From positions 28,333,504 to 28,397,503 of the forward strand of contig OZ037765.1 of NCBI GenBank assembly GCA_964035545.1: 64,000 nt of DNA, given 5' to 3'. This DNA is from Bugula neritina. Its lineage: Eukaryota > Animalia > Bryozoa. The position numbers and the translations under genes are program-made. The notes beneath the pieces are model-generated. The model did no database searches, had not been told where the DNA came from, and was given only the letters and a program-made list of their open reading frames with translations. This document shows, in pieces, positions 20,101 to 33,169 of this stretch. How positions within the stretch are numbered: position 1 is the stretch's first letter; each line of letters begins with the position of its first letter.

Positions 20101-23100
20101 TCCGCCCAGAAGAAGAATTTCACATAAAAATGAACATAATGGCCAGGATGAGCAAATAAATTGAGATTTTATCTTAATTATACAAACAAGCTATACTCAC
20201 TTTACTATCACGGTCTAAATGATAATAAAATAAGACATACAACACTTGATTGTTAGAGGCTATCGCCCTTTCCCGTGTGTGATGTCAGCCCCACTGCAGC
20301 CACATTGAGACACGGAAACAGTCTGAGCAAACTCAAATCTATACATTCAGGGCCAGTATTTATAAAATAACTTTACCAAAGTATTTAAATTGTAGTCAAA
20401 CTTGAGTAACTAATGAAATATTTTTGACAAAAAAACAAAATGAAGACTTAGCCTTAGCTCAAGGTAGAAGTTGGGGGAGAGACTGGTCACTCAACCAAAT
20501 GGAATACATAAATAAACAGTCTTTAATTTTACTGCCTGCATGTTTTTATAATTAGATAGAGTATTTTTAAAAAAATGCATATTATAACACAGATTTTAAA
20601 CAAACAGGAAAATTTCCTCCTGTTTTTTTTTTTACACCCATTTAATAAACTTCATACATTTGTGATGATAATTTAACTGCCAGCACTACATGGAGACAAG
20701 GCACCACAATAACCACAAGTTGGGAAGGTTGACTCAAGAGATAATGTAAATGTCAGATTCACACTATAATATTTCAGTTTGTCTAAATTTCTAGGTAAAA
20801 GGTAATTTAAGAGTTCACAATAATACACATAGAACAAGATGCCTGGCCACTTACAGATATGTCGGCTGTGGGCAACACTCCACCAGCTATTATCAGCTTC
20901 TCCACCTCCTAAAACAACCAATAGGCATACCTGTTACGCCTTATCATAGCCAAAAATAATTTTAGATAATGTTTTGCCAGTCAATCAATTATTAAAGTAT
21001 TAGTTAGTGTATTTTCTTAGCAAACAATTCTTCAAGTAATAGCAGCCAAGTTCGGTTGTTGCTATTTAACTTAATAAAGATAGAAGTTACTGTTAGCTAC
21101 TATCAGCAACTGTTACACAAGTATACTCATATATTTTAATCTTTAAACTGAGACAGCATGTATGTTGATAAAATATCTCCGGATTATTATAATCAACACT
21201 GACACTGCTAAGTAGCAACTGCCATACATAATCTCTATACGTTTAACCAAACAGCAATAATACTCCGAAATATCGCATTACAAGTATACAAATTTGTCTT
21301 TCAATCGGGTCCTGGAAGCCTATTACTATTAAACTGACTTTTCACTGGAAGTACATATTGAATAAGGCTGGTCACGTAGGAGAAAGTAATTTTTTAGTCA
21401 ATTTCTGTTGTGAATTACAGCAGCTATATCAAATGACTCACAGTACCAACTCAACAATTAGCAGACGTACACTTGAGTATGAAACAATGCAGAGTTAACA
21501 AGTAACAAAGTGGGAGGTTTATTTACCTGACTGAATCCTTCAACACTGCCTCTAGCTTTCCCTGGGGTGCCTCGAGGGGCTACAAAAACACCACCAGTGG
21601 AACTAGAAGCTGGAATCTTGATAGGCACAGATGTAGGTGTGTTGGTACCGAGTGTGTTGATGGCGCAAACAGGGCTGAGCCTGTGCTGCAGACTAGGACT
21701 ACCACTTGGCAGTCCTCCATTTCTTTGAAGTTTATGTTTTATCTGAAAAAAAGGAAAATAATCCTACATTACAAGAGATAATCAGAATTCTAGAGAGTCC
21801 ACAGGCAACGGCAGAGTATTTATGAATTTAACAGAGCTCAGTGTAAAGGCAAAGTACACAGCACTAACATCTACTAGCTACTGTGTACTACTAACTACTG
21901 TGTACTACTAACTACTGTGTACTAGTAACTACTGTGTACTACTAACTACTGTGTACTACTAACTACTGTGTACTACTAACTACTGTGTACTACTAACTAC
22001 TGTGTACTACTAACTACTGTGTACTACTAACTACTGTGTACTACTAACTACTGTGTACTACTAACTACTGTGTACTGCTAGCTACTGTGTACCACTAACT
22101 ACTGTGTACTGCTACCTACTGTGTACTAGTTATTACTGTGTACTAATGACTACTACATTATATGTGTGATATATCTAATCTACCAGAATATGGAAAGAAT
22201 ACACGTAAATTACTTCTAGAGTAACATTTGAAAACACAGCAGCATTTAAAATATACCCAAAACATGTTTTAAAGCTTTTTAACGCATTTTTTGAATAAAA
22301 ATTGAATTTACATTTTTCAACTTTTGGTCACCACTACCAACTGATTGTGATCTGCATTTATTGAGTTTAGAAGACCTTCTTCTATCATGAGGTTCTTCCC
22401 AGTCAGATGGAGTCTAGAATCAAAGCAATAGAACAGGTGATGAGCATTAACATGGGCATACAGCTATCTTCTACAATTCAGTGATTCTTGACAGCTAGCC
22501 ATGCATTGTGCATTACAGAGTATGTGCTGTATTGCTAGTAGAGACAGTCTATTTTTAATCAGTAGGTTGTAAGCAAGCTGCATGTATATTATAGCTTTGT
22601 GGGTTGCTAACTAAGCTAGCTAGCTACGGTTTTATTGTTCTAATGAAATATGTGTAGTATTATAATACTTGAGCTACTCTGAAGCACAGCACAAAAACTT
22701 CTCAGTTGATAATATATTGAATGCGGTATTTTAGGTGTACAAAAAGTATACAATCTTTAGGGAATGTAAAGCAATACTATGATGGAAAGATATTTGTTCA
22801 GCACAAACTGAATAGCACAACTATATAACTGAAATGCTATATTCATACGCCAAGCATTAACTTAGTCTTAGAGCTAATTTGACTTTAACAAAACCTGTTT
22901 GTGTACACACTGAATAATTTATAACCCCATATAGCTTGAACCAAGGATGGATTCAAGCATAGCATTGTAGATGTGTGTGTATGTCTATGTGTATAAATAT
23001 TCTTATATTCTTGGTCAATAGATTTGAAAGTGCTATTGTGAGCAAGTGTCAGTATTGCTACAACAATTGCCAGTAAATGCTTATTGTGCGTCTCAAATTG

Positions 23101-24829
23101 GTTATTTTTCTTAACAGAAACCACCAGAGAGTGCAGAAAAAGACAAGTTTTGGCATACACAGCAGTATTTAAAAACACTTTTTGCTTATTTGTATTGTTG
23201 ATTCGACAATACCAAATATTAATAAATGTTTAAAAAAAACCTTCACCCATATAATATATATGTATATCATATGTATATCATTATATACATAATGGTAGGT
23301 AGAAATGAGCTAAAAATGTGTGATGATGAATAACAACTGTCAGATATAAAAAATGGCCGAGATTTAATGAGTACAAGTGCACGCATAATCATCTTTTATA
23401 TCCTTGCCTGTGACTCTATGGCCTGTTACTACCTATACACAGCTTTTTCACACCTGCTCTTCAATGGCAAGCAGGGTACGTTTATAGTATTAACAATCAA
23501 AGTAGGATGTTATTATTCTAGCATGGAACATGCATGTGTAAAAAGCTTTCAAATGAAATGCACTTAGATTCAAAAGATAAATATAGCATAAACCAAATAA
23601 GGGGATGAAAAATCTTAAGCATATTGTCAGTTTGTTACAGTAACAGTAGGTGACAGAGCAACTGTGAGAAACAGCAGGAGCCACATGTAGTGTAAAATAG
23701 CCAGCATGTGGCAGTTCTACATTATTATTAGCACTGTAAATTACCTGCCAGGCAACATTGCATCTAACATTGTGCTATTGTGACAGCTAACAGATTTAGA
23801 AGTTTGAGAAATATTGTGAGAGTAAAAAGATACGTCTACAAAGCCCAATGCATTGTGCTATTTTAGTGTCTTTAACACGTCTTCTGAACAATTCAATTAC
23901 TATTATATAACAAGAAGGAGAAATTATCAACTACCATGCTTTATAACTGTCTGAAATCAATATCAACTTGCACAGCCGCTATAACTCTGTGCCTTCTGCT
24001 TTCGGAAACAAATCTAACATTTCACCAATTGATTTCGTTAATATCACAAAAATGAAAAGTTTAAAAATAGGCAACTGTTTCTATTTCTCGGGAGACAGAG
24101 GTGGTGAATATAAGTGTAACTACCTCGTTGAATAATAATAGTCACTAGTATCTGAGCATTTCTTGTTTTAACAATTCAAAAGCTAGTCGCAAGGTAAGTG
24201 AGAGCTACAAGTACCAACTCACCTGAGTCTGTTTGTCAGATATAAATGAGCTAGCTATCGGAGGAAACTGCAAACCTAGATCTTTAGTCTGTGTTTGCCA
24301 GTGACCGTCTTTCGGCCATTGACCAGAAAGATAAGGTGCTGCCATAACATTGTCAAAAGAATTGGAACGCCCTGACAAAATGGCCCCAGATTTTTCAACT
24401 AAAAATAAAATTTAAGAAAAGATGAAAAGGGAAGTTGAAGTAATACAGGCAAAAGCAGCCTATGATGTGTTTGATATAAAATTTACAAAACTCTGTCAAA
24501 TAGACCTCATATGACCGTCTCCATATTGTTTTTGAGCAATTGATTCATGAAACTTTTAAGTTAGTGGTATAACTACCAATTCGAAAGCTAGATGGTGATG
24601 ATGGGCTTCGTCTATCATTCAGGTGACCAGTGTCTGATAAAGGATGACATTTATTTTTACCAATACCACAATGATTGTCTTTTGGTACTGGTGAAGAGTT
24701 GGGACTTCTTCTCACAGGAACTCTGGAAGGGCTGGCCAAACCAAATTGTTGAGTAGCTCGTATTGGACCTTGTTTAATTGAGGGAGAACCATTTCTTCTT
24801 AATTTTGGATTTCCCTGTTGATTGGACAT
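17130..24829 (-). CDS. GLCCI1: GLCCI1/FAM117-family protein, ~427 aa, 9 coding exons
   Basis: Exons 24577-24829, 24223-24371, 22312-22413, 21527-21742, 20855-20908, 19804-20014, 18344-18385, 17497-17605 and 17130-17277 join in frame. Family motifs RSNSFD..PYLSGQWPKD, DKQTQTP, RSQSVGSGDQ, SVEGFSQEVEKL, PDGHRAP, SSPRPNSEFMRQPPDGAEKIK. The exon 1 donor could alternatively be at 24661. Probably co-orthologous to GLCCI1, FAM117A and FAM117B. Confidence 0.9.
18980..19330. repeat. (ACT/ACC)n trinucleotide microsatellite, intronic
   Basis: actactactaccaccaccact... runs; explains the four overlapping homopolymeric ORFs. Confidence 0.95.
21872..22155. repeat. 17-bp minisatellite (CTAACTACTGTGTACTA)n, ~16 copies, intronic
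   Basis: Directly visible tandem units, homogeneous in the middle and degenerate at the edges. Confidence 0.95.
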
Positions 24830-26129
24830 CTTTTGGTTGAAAATGAGTGAGCCACTTCCTATTTATCACTACAGTTAGAAAGAAGAACTCTGCTGAAGAT
24901 TAATGAAATTTCATGCACTATTTAGTGTTCATTGCTTCACCATGACATGCAGCCATAGCCCATTGGTACAAACCAACTGTTATCTTGAAGCTTACTAATA
25001 CATGATATTCTAATTGACCCAGTCTAGTAGCTGTTACTTTACTGCTTATCTTAATTTAACCAAAACTTTGTTATTGAGAGCCAAACATACTTGGCAAGCA
25101 TAACTCAGAAGTTGGTCAAAGTTTTGCTAAAACAATTTTGATTAGCCAAGAAAATGTTGATTGTGTTTTGCTTCTACAAAGAAAAACAATGAGCAATGAT
25201 TTTAGTGATAAAACAGCTATACATTTATATTAATAAAAATTATTTAGACCACCATTAACACATAGTTTATATACAAACACAAACAGAGAAACATTTGCAG
25301 TTGCTGTGTTATGTAATATCTTATGTAGTTCCACAGTAATTATATCATCAAAGTCTATAGTTTTCTCCTGCTAAGCTTTTCTCTTATAATTTGCTTTTAC
25401 TGATGTTTCTGCTGTGTTTGGATCATTAATTTATTTCATGATATATCAAAATATGCACAATTAACATAACTTTTTTCCAAAAAAGAAATAATAAAATCAG
25501 AATTCTCTTTTTTATTGAAAACCTAACAATGATATTAACTAGCCTTGTCTAAATAATTTCTCTATAATTATACTAGTTTAAAGCAAAGATCAAGATTCAC
25601 CATACATCCATCATTTATGAGACTAATACTAATAGTAATTTAACTTTTTATTAATTGCAGATTATTATAAAATGTGATACTTAATAAAAAATTACACAAT
25701 AATTTAAATTATTGGCCAATAATTTTAAATAATTTTTTACATAAATTATTAAAAGTCAAGCAATGAAATGTCTGCATAAAGAAAAAATAAATCAAAGTGA
25801 AATTCCCATCGAAAATTGACAAGTCTGTTTGTATTAACCTACATTTTTGAATCAAGTATTCAACTGACTTGATTTGCTGCAACTTCAACTCAGCTTTTAA
25901 TAATACTAATAGAAATGTAATGTCTAAGATGAATTATTTTGACTAATCTAAACTGAGTAATTGTAATGGTTTTGCAGTTTAAATATAAAGTAAACCGTTA
26001 ATTATCATTTTTTTTGGTTTTGCAAAAGTAAGGTTCATTTTGATTTTAACTTTTGTTTTTACTCTGATGCTTTTTCTTTCTTACTGAGAAGAAATAGGCT
26101 ATATAATTAAATGCATACCAGTCACAGTC

Positions 26130-26640
26130 TAATCAGCTAGTCGAATTTAACCATACTAAATATCATCACTATGATTATCATTTATTAATAATAATAATAA
26201 TATCACAGTTACTGCTAGACTTAGTGATATTGATGAGCAATTAAATTAGTAGTATAATTTTACAGACTTAGTTTAAGTTTTACTACTGATAATTAAGTTC
26301 GATATTAAATTTTGAAACAAAATTGCAATAAGATTTTAAAAAAATGAAATTACAAAATTAAATACTTAAGTTTAACTGAGTCTCAGTCTGATTAATTTTT
26401 ATTTTTCTAATTATATTATAATTATTATAATTATTAATATAATAGTATAAATGTAATTATTACTTCGACCAAAATAATTTTCATTCAATTTAAATTTGAT
26501 AACCATTTCTTTAGAACTAGAGCTTTGAAAGTAAAATAAAAATAAAAAAGTAAGATGAAAATAAAAAAGTAACGGTAAGATTAAAATGAAAACTCCCTGA
26601 AAATCAAAAAGTAAAACTAAAAAGACAAGTTAAAAATTCA
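26130..26640. repeat. Phased AT-rich low-complexity tract in the GLCCI1 5' region
   Basis: atcatcactatgattatc, actgagtctcagtctg, aaagtaaaataaaaataaaaaagt; more degenerate than the other tracts. Confidence 0.6.
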
Positions 26641-26679
26641 TATGTTGATTCATATTGTTTCTTGTTTTATTACTACTTG

Positions 26680-27100
26680 ATCATTCGGTGAAGGTGAAAG
26701 CCCGAATAAGTTTCGTAAGTGAAATAGAGGTTCATAAGGATAACCAACTTTATTTTCAAGAAACTTCAACGGCTGGAGTTAACGACAAGATTACTTGTAG
26801 CTGAATAAAGTGATAAAACACTAGGGATAAAATGTGAAAACTTAGAAAAATTTGTAGCATTAGAGTCTAGACCAAACGTGGAAACGGTAAGAATGAGACA
26901 TTACTATAACTTCCACAGTTAAGTATTTTATGAATCATAAGCTAGCTGCTGCAGAAGTAGAGTAGCTACGCCTTTATTGGCCCGGTGTAGACCAATAACA
27001 GCGCAGTGTTATGTCATAAAAAATATGAAAAGGGAATTCCTGGGAAACCCGTTTATGCACATTATTTTTAGAATCAGCCGATTACCGAAGGTACTCATAA
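26680..27100 (-). promoter_or_regulatory. Probable promoter/first-exon region of the GLCCI1-like gene
   Basis: CpG-richer island between the USP 3' end and the GLCCI1 5' region; CCAAT boxes in both orientations (attgg ~26976, ccaat ~26992). Confidence 0.4.
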
Positions 27101-27685
27101 AATAGACACAGTATTGAAAGGATAACTCCAAAATAACCTATAAATTCTTATACTCCAAGAAATACACGTAACATTACATTATTTCGGATACCTCAGTATC
27201 CATTATCAGAATGAAATCTATAGTATTTATTAGCTTCAGAGATAAATTAGCGAAACTAGCTCAGTTCTGTTAATTTCAATGTAAAGTTTTGAGCATTTTG
27301 CAACTGCTCAAGCAAAAACAAAACAAATAATATATCACCAGGGCTATTTGTATAAAATTTAACACATCTAACATCGAACAAGAGTTGTTCAACAACTTGT
27401 TAACAATTTATAAGAACACTTAGTGTTCTTATAAATTGCTACATTGCATGAATAAATTATCAGAAAATGCCTATTAGGCGTTTTTGAGTGAGAATTACAC
27501 AATAAAACACTACAGTTGATCGATCTTGCACTTTACATTTTATTAATGATATATACACATTACTATGTACATTATAGTTTAAATCAGTAGAACATAATAT
27601 TTTTTTACTAGAAATACTACCTACATGTATTCAATCGGAAAAAATATGAAGCTTTATTACAACCAAATGTGGTCGAAAATAGGAC

Positions 27686-30600
27686 TTAAATATTATTTTT
27701 ATGCTGCTTCTTATAGAATAACAAGTATGAATTCTCTTTGATAAGAGGTCTTTTCAATTGTTCATCAATATTTTGTATCAATATAACATTTTCATCATCA
27801 AATTTATACCAACAGCCATCAATAGCCTTGCAAAATGATAAGTAGTGGCCAGAGTTTGTGTTTTCACCACCTACGTGCACACTAATAGCATATAGAGAAT
27901 AGAGATTTGTTTTAGAGATACCAGCCATGTCCTCCCTATCTACTGACGCGTCATACGTAACAACGCTCAGATCTAACTCCTGCGAGATTGCAACAGGAGT
28001 GTGAACCTTTCGAATTTTTTTGGTGCTAGAATCATAGCTAAAACGTAACAACTGTATGATCAAGCATTCTGGTAATCTACGCAAAAAGCTTTGCCGAATT
28101 CCTTCTGTTAGCACTTTAGAATTTGAGACTAAGTCTTGCTTTGTCGTCAATTGCTTTTTATTAGCAAAGACTTGTAGAGGAGTAGATGAAAGGATTTGGG
28201 GCCGAACATCCCGGACACTCCTCGGCTGTATTGGAGACAGAGCAGACATACTTGTTTTGTCAATAACCATAAAGTCTTTATTTTGCGCTAAAGAAGTGTC
28301 TGCAGCTGGACTTTGGTCACCAGCTGGCTTGTAGCATGTGACACACTGAATTCTTTCGCACCCGATGAGTTTCTCTTGCAGAGTGTAGGAACTAAGGCAA
28401 TCAGCAAGGGAGATTTCAGAATCCTGAAGTACAACAGGAAGAGGCAGGACATTCATATTCTGGACATGAGCAGATGTACTCTTACAAGTAGAACACATTC
28501 GCAACTCCAAACATTGGAAGGTGAATGAATCGTCAACTATGGAGTGGTTGTTTCTTCTATGAGACATCCATTCTAAGTTTGAATAGTTCTGAACCGCCTC
28601 AGCCAAAACTAGATCGGAGAGTCCATTGGCTTTAGAAATCTAGTAAATAGAAACATAGTTACTACAAATAATTATTATGTAACAAGAACATATTAAACTT
28701 TTCAATGATAAAAACCTGTATAAAAACCCACATGAATATTTATAAATAATAACTGCATTATTTGAACTGTTATGAGTATATTAGCTGTTGTTGATAGAAT
28801 TAGAAGGCCCATCTATAAGCAAGCTAAAAATGAAAAATCATACACAATTGAAATTTTGCCCACTTATTTTATTATTGCCCAATGCAAAATTTTAGCACTT
28901 GATAATACAACAAAAACACATTGCAAGATTTAACAATTAAGAAAACATGAATGGAGTATTTCGATCAAAGGTATGCCAACTATCTTGAATAAGTTATTAT
29001 TATGAATTGATTTACCTGTTCTTTGCATTCGCTTTTCATAACCTCAGCATATGACTCTGATATGTTTCCATAAACTGTCTTCAAAGTTGCCATTGACTGG
29101 TCGTGATAATTTTTGTCTTTACTGCCTGATAATTCAAAAACGTTAAAAGCATTTATTTGCTATAACAGTGCATCAAAAATTATTTATTGTGGTCATTTGT
29201 ATTTTCTCATTAAATGGCACAAAAATGTAAATAAAAAAAGATGCGTTTATATGTTGATATAAACACAGAGATAATACCATTCGTGTAAAACTTGAACAAA
29301 ATTATCTAATTACAATCACTATATATGAATAACAGCAAAAAATACACATATTCAATAAAATAAGATCTACCACTGTCAAGTTTACTTTGAGTTAATCAAT
29401 TCATCAACAAAATTATGCATATTAGTTCTTTTGGTTTGATATCTCAATAAAATTTCAACACCATCAAAGTGAAACTGTGTCCCTTTGGTAAAGACAAAAA
29501 ACTATGGCAAAGTTTTGATAAAAAGTAAATAAATATTTTTTGGGGTAACTTTTTTAACTTCACACTACTAGACTAAACGGGATATTTTTTCAGCAAGTAA
29601 ATTGGATATAGAACCGAAGTCTAACCTTTTGGATCATTAACAGCTTCATGCAACTCATAAAGCAGCCACGACAGAAATTCACAGGCATCCTGTTGCATCT
29701 GATGACGCGTGGGCCCACTCAGTAAATCAGGATTCACTTGTGAACCTAATGTTTAAATAACAAACGTGTTGCAAAATTTCAACAAGCCTTTTTCACTTAA
29801 TTTATACTCTCAATCTGTTACTTAATATTGAATCTTCATAATCAAAAATTAAAAGCTTCTTCGCATTAAGAAATGTGACAAAATATTTACCTGCTAAGCA
29901 CAGTGATTTGGTATTGATGACAGGAATGGTGTTTGCACTGGGCATTTCGTTTATTTGCTGAAGCGTTTCAGCCACAGCATCGAGTAAGCTTAGCTTATTC
30001 TTGTCTTGCAGACTACAGCTCTTAACTTCTTCAGCAAGTTCATCTGCCAGATTAGGTCCCCTGGCAAGGCATTGTAGAACAGAATTCATAAAGCATAGAT
30101 TATCACCTGACCCACCTAAACCAGGTGGTAAGTTGGGTCTTACCGTGCCAGCATATGGAAGACTAAACATTGACAACATTTTAGAACCAAAAGTTTCTAG
30201 GTTATTGATAACACTTGAGGTGTTACGAAGCTTAGGCGGCTCCTCTGAACTAACAACGTCTGAAGGTTGGGGTGGTGTGCGGTGTCTAAGAACTGCCCCT
30301 TGCTTAGAGTCTACAGGAGATGGCCTAATAAGTTCATACATGGCCTTCTGCTCGTTATAGCGCAATGCTTTCAATCCTTCACTGTTGGGGGATATATTTC
30401 TAGGTCTTGGATTTGAGATAGTTATTTCACCAGTCTGTCTTAAGTACTCCCGGCACTGGTCTTCTGAAACCTGAAACAGTGAGAAGACATATGTATATCC
30501 TGAAAAACAATAAGTAGAACTTACTGAAAAAACAATTGAACAGCATAGAAAAACAGTAATAAAAATAAATAATTACAGCACACATAAATTAGATTTTCAT

Positions 30601-31192
30601 ATATATATAAACTAAGGAAAGTACTAAAGTTATTAGTTAAGTTTAATGGTTGGCCAGGTATGTTGAGAACAGATCACACTTTACCTGATTTTTATACAAG
30701 CCTAGTGGTTCGACACTAGCTTTAGGTGCGTTGGATTCCCCATAGCTCAATTTTAAACTTTCCTGTTGGTCAGAAAACTCACTCCAATAACTTTTGGCAG
30801 ACTCCCAATAATAGCTCAGATCAACTCGCCCTGTGAGAGTCGCCGATATAAATGTTATAATGCCAAGGCACCAAAGAAGAAGGGGAAAATGGTGGTATGC
30901 CAACACTACCACTGATAAACAAAAAAGAGCCAAGGATTCAAATAGCCATATATCTCTCTTTTCGGATGCGGTTCTGCAAAATAAAACAAAATAATTTACA
31001 AAAACAGAAAAGGATTACACCTACATACTAGTAATAACTAACCGCGTATTAACAACTCCCTTACCTACAATTCTCCAGCAGCTTTTTCGACAGTGCGTCA
31101 ATAAGAAGAAATATTATTGCATCTATACTCATGCATAAAATGAAGGATTGTAGACAAGTGAATATACTGTAGACCAGCGACGTGACTGTCAT
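27686..31192 (-). CDS. Ubiquitin-specific protease (peptidase C19) with hydrophobic N-terminal segments, ~726 aa, 6 coding exons
   Basis: Exons 31065-31192, 30685-30973, 29891-30470, 29626-29745, 29016-29125 and 27686-28639 join in frame. Cys box NLCFMNSVLQCL, QQDACEF, LPECLIIQLLRF, His box HVGG...SGHY...WYKFDD, terminal YLLFY. Confidence 0.92.
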
Positions 31193-31425
31193 CGTTGTTC
31201 CGGCAGCTACCAATACAAGTACAGCAAAATTTAATTGTTTAGTTTTTAGAATCAATGCAAGTAACAGTGGGATCTAACTTCTAAGTTATAAACAAGTCAA
31301 AAATATTATGTTGGTTTTGAAATAGACAAGTTAACATGAAATCTTGTAAAAAGAACTGCAGCTTTATATGGCTATAACAATGCTAGTTATGCATCAGTTA
31401 TCTATGAGCTCATAGATAGATTTAG

Positions 31426-31940
31426 AATAGATTTACAATTCAATTATTGAGTTGAGATTGACTGTAACATCAACTAATCCCAACATTGACCAGGGCCAAC
31501 TGTTAAACTTGACATTGAGTAGAACACTCACCACTGACAACACTAACTGATAGTCATAGTACTGTATACTTGTACTTGTAGCACTCAGTCTTACTCTTAC
31601 TGACAGTAATACTAATAGTATTAGTTATACTTATAGTAATAGTAATACTAATACTATGATGATCAACTATAACTAATTATACTTATAGTTATACTTATAC
31701 TTATAGTTGATCATCATAGTATTAGTATTACTATAAGTATAACTAATACTATTAGTATTAGTATTACTGTCAGTAAGAGTAAGACTGAGTGCTACAAGTA
31801 CTATGCCTATGACTATCAGTTAGTGTTGTCAGTGGTGAGTGCTCTACTCAAAGTCAAGTTCAACAGTTGGCCCTAGTCAATGTTGAGATTAGTTAATGTT
31901 ACAGTCAATCTCAGCTCAATAATTGAATTGGAAATCTATT
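31426..31940. mobile_element. ~515 bp fold-back inverted repeat (MITE-like) upstream of the USP start codon
   Basis: aatagatttacaattcaattattgag... pairs with ...ctcaataattgaattggaaatctatt; arms pair to a centre at ~31690; no TSD found. Confidence 0.7.
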
Positions 31941-32158
31941 TCCCAGGACACTAGTACTAGTAGTAGTTGACATACAATAATTAATATTATTATTATAAAC
32001 TTAAAGTTAAAGTCACACCCACACTCAATCACTGTGACTGTAACATCATGTTAATCATAATATTAATCATAATGATAATGATAATCATAATGAATAAGAT
32101 TAAGTGATAATGATAATCATAATCATAATGTACGACTATCACTATAACTATAACTATA

Positions 32159-32980
32159 ATGCCCTTCAATATCACCAAATGCCATGTGATGAGTTTTAAT
32201 ACTACAGATACACTTCCAACATATAAGCTTGGACAGGCAAGTATCCCATGGGTGGACAGCACTAAGTACCTAGGGGTCACTCTGCAGCAAGATCTTAATT
32301 TTGATCAACATATTTCTCAAAAGATAGATGAGGCAACAAAAATTCTTGGAGCTATTAAGTATATGCTAAACTGTGCCCCAATACCAAGCAAGCTGCTGGC
32401 TTACACTAGCTTATGTAGGCCAATACTAGAATATGCTGACACTTTATGGGACCCTGCAAAAAAGCAGACAGCAGAACAAATTGAAAACGTGCAACGGAAA
32501 GCTGTACGTTTCATTAGCAACCTAAGAGGGAGAGAGAGTGTGAGCGACGCAAGACAGCGGCTTAGTCTCATACCGCTAGCTGACAGGAGAAAGAACCACA
32601 GAATCACCTTACTGTTACGCATTCTACGAGATGAACAACGCCACCATGTACTCTCATCTAGCTATGATGAAATTCTCAAGTCCCGAGCAGATGCTAATAT
32701 GACAACCCGTGCTGCCAGCAGAGGAGAACTAACGTCAATCTGGGCTAAATCCAAACTCTACTATGACAGTTTCCTCCCACAAACCATACGTGACTTGAGG
32801 GTAACTAAGAACTAACAACCAAAATCAGCGAAATGCTGTAAAATCCAGTCACTCTGAAACACACCGTTTTGTTATAAAGAGGCATTCTTTTTTGCACAAT
32901 TTGTGATCCAGAATGTACTATGGACGTCGAGTAAGTATCGAGTAAGTATAAGTATAAGTATAACTATAAGTATAAGTTAG
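32159..32980 (+). mobile_element. 5'-truncated non-LTR retrotransposon (CR1/L2-group LINE): ORF2 C-terminus, 3' UTR and microsatellite tail
   Basis: 218-aa open frame with FN..KC, KYLGV, AYTSLCRPILEYA..WDP, IENVQRKAVRFI, L..RR and SF.P.TIRD motifs typical of the post-RT region; ends in gagtaagtatcgagtaagtat(aagtat)n. Confidence 0.92.
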
Positions 32981-33160
32981 AGTATGAGATTTACTCACTT
33001 AGTGATTTACTCTTTAGTAATACTAATACTAATAGTAATAGTAACACTAATACTAATAGTAATACAGTAATAGTATCACTATCAGTATGACTATCACTAT
33101 GACTATCAGTATCACTATGACTATGAGTATCAGTATGACTATGAGTATCAGTATGACAAC
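32930..33160. repeat. Phased ACT/AGT hexamer tract, left of the USP/URM1 promoter core
   Basis: agtaatactaatactaatagtaat; agtatcactatcagtatgactatc. Confidence 0.9.
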
Positions 33161-33169
33161 ATGAACAGA

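Noticed and set aside
21872-22155. Regular array suggestive of CRISPR
   Set aside because: No spacers; a simple 17-bp minisatellite in a eukaryotic intron
28056-30360. Plus-strand ORFs overlapping the USP gene (and similar ORFs opposite Hsp10, Hsp60, FAIM and LZTR1)
   Set aside because: Antisense shadows of real exons
32159-32815. Domesticated host gene from a LINE ORF
   Set aside because: Truncated within the RT region, ATG arises at the junction, and 3' UTR and tail retained; a recent insertion explains the open frame
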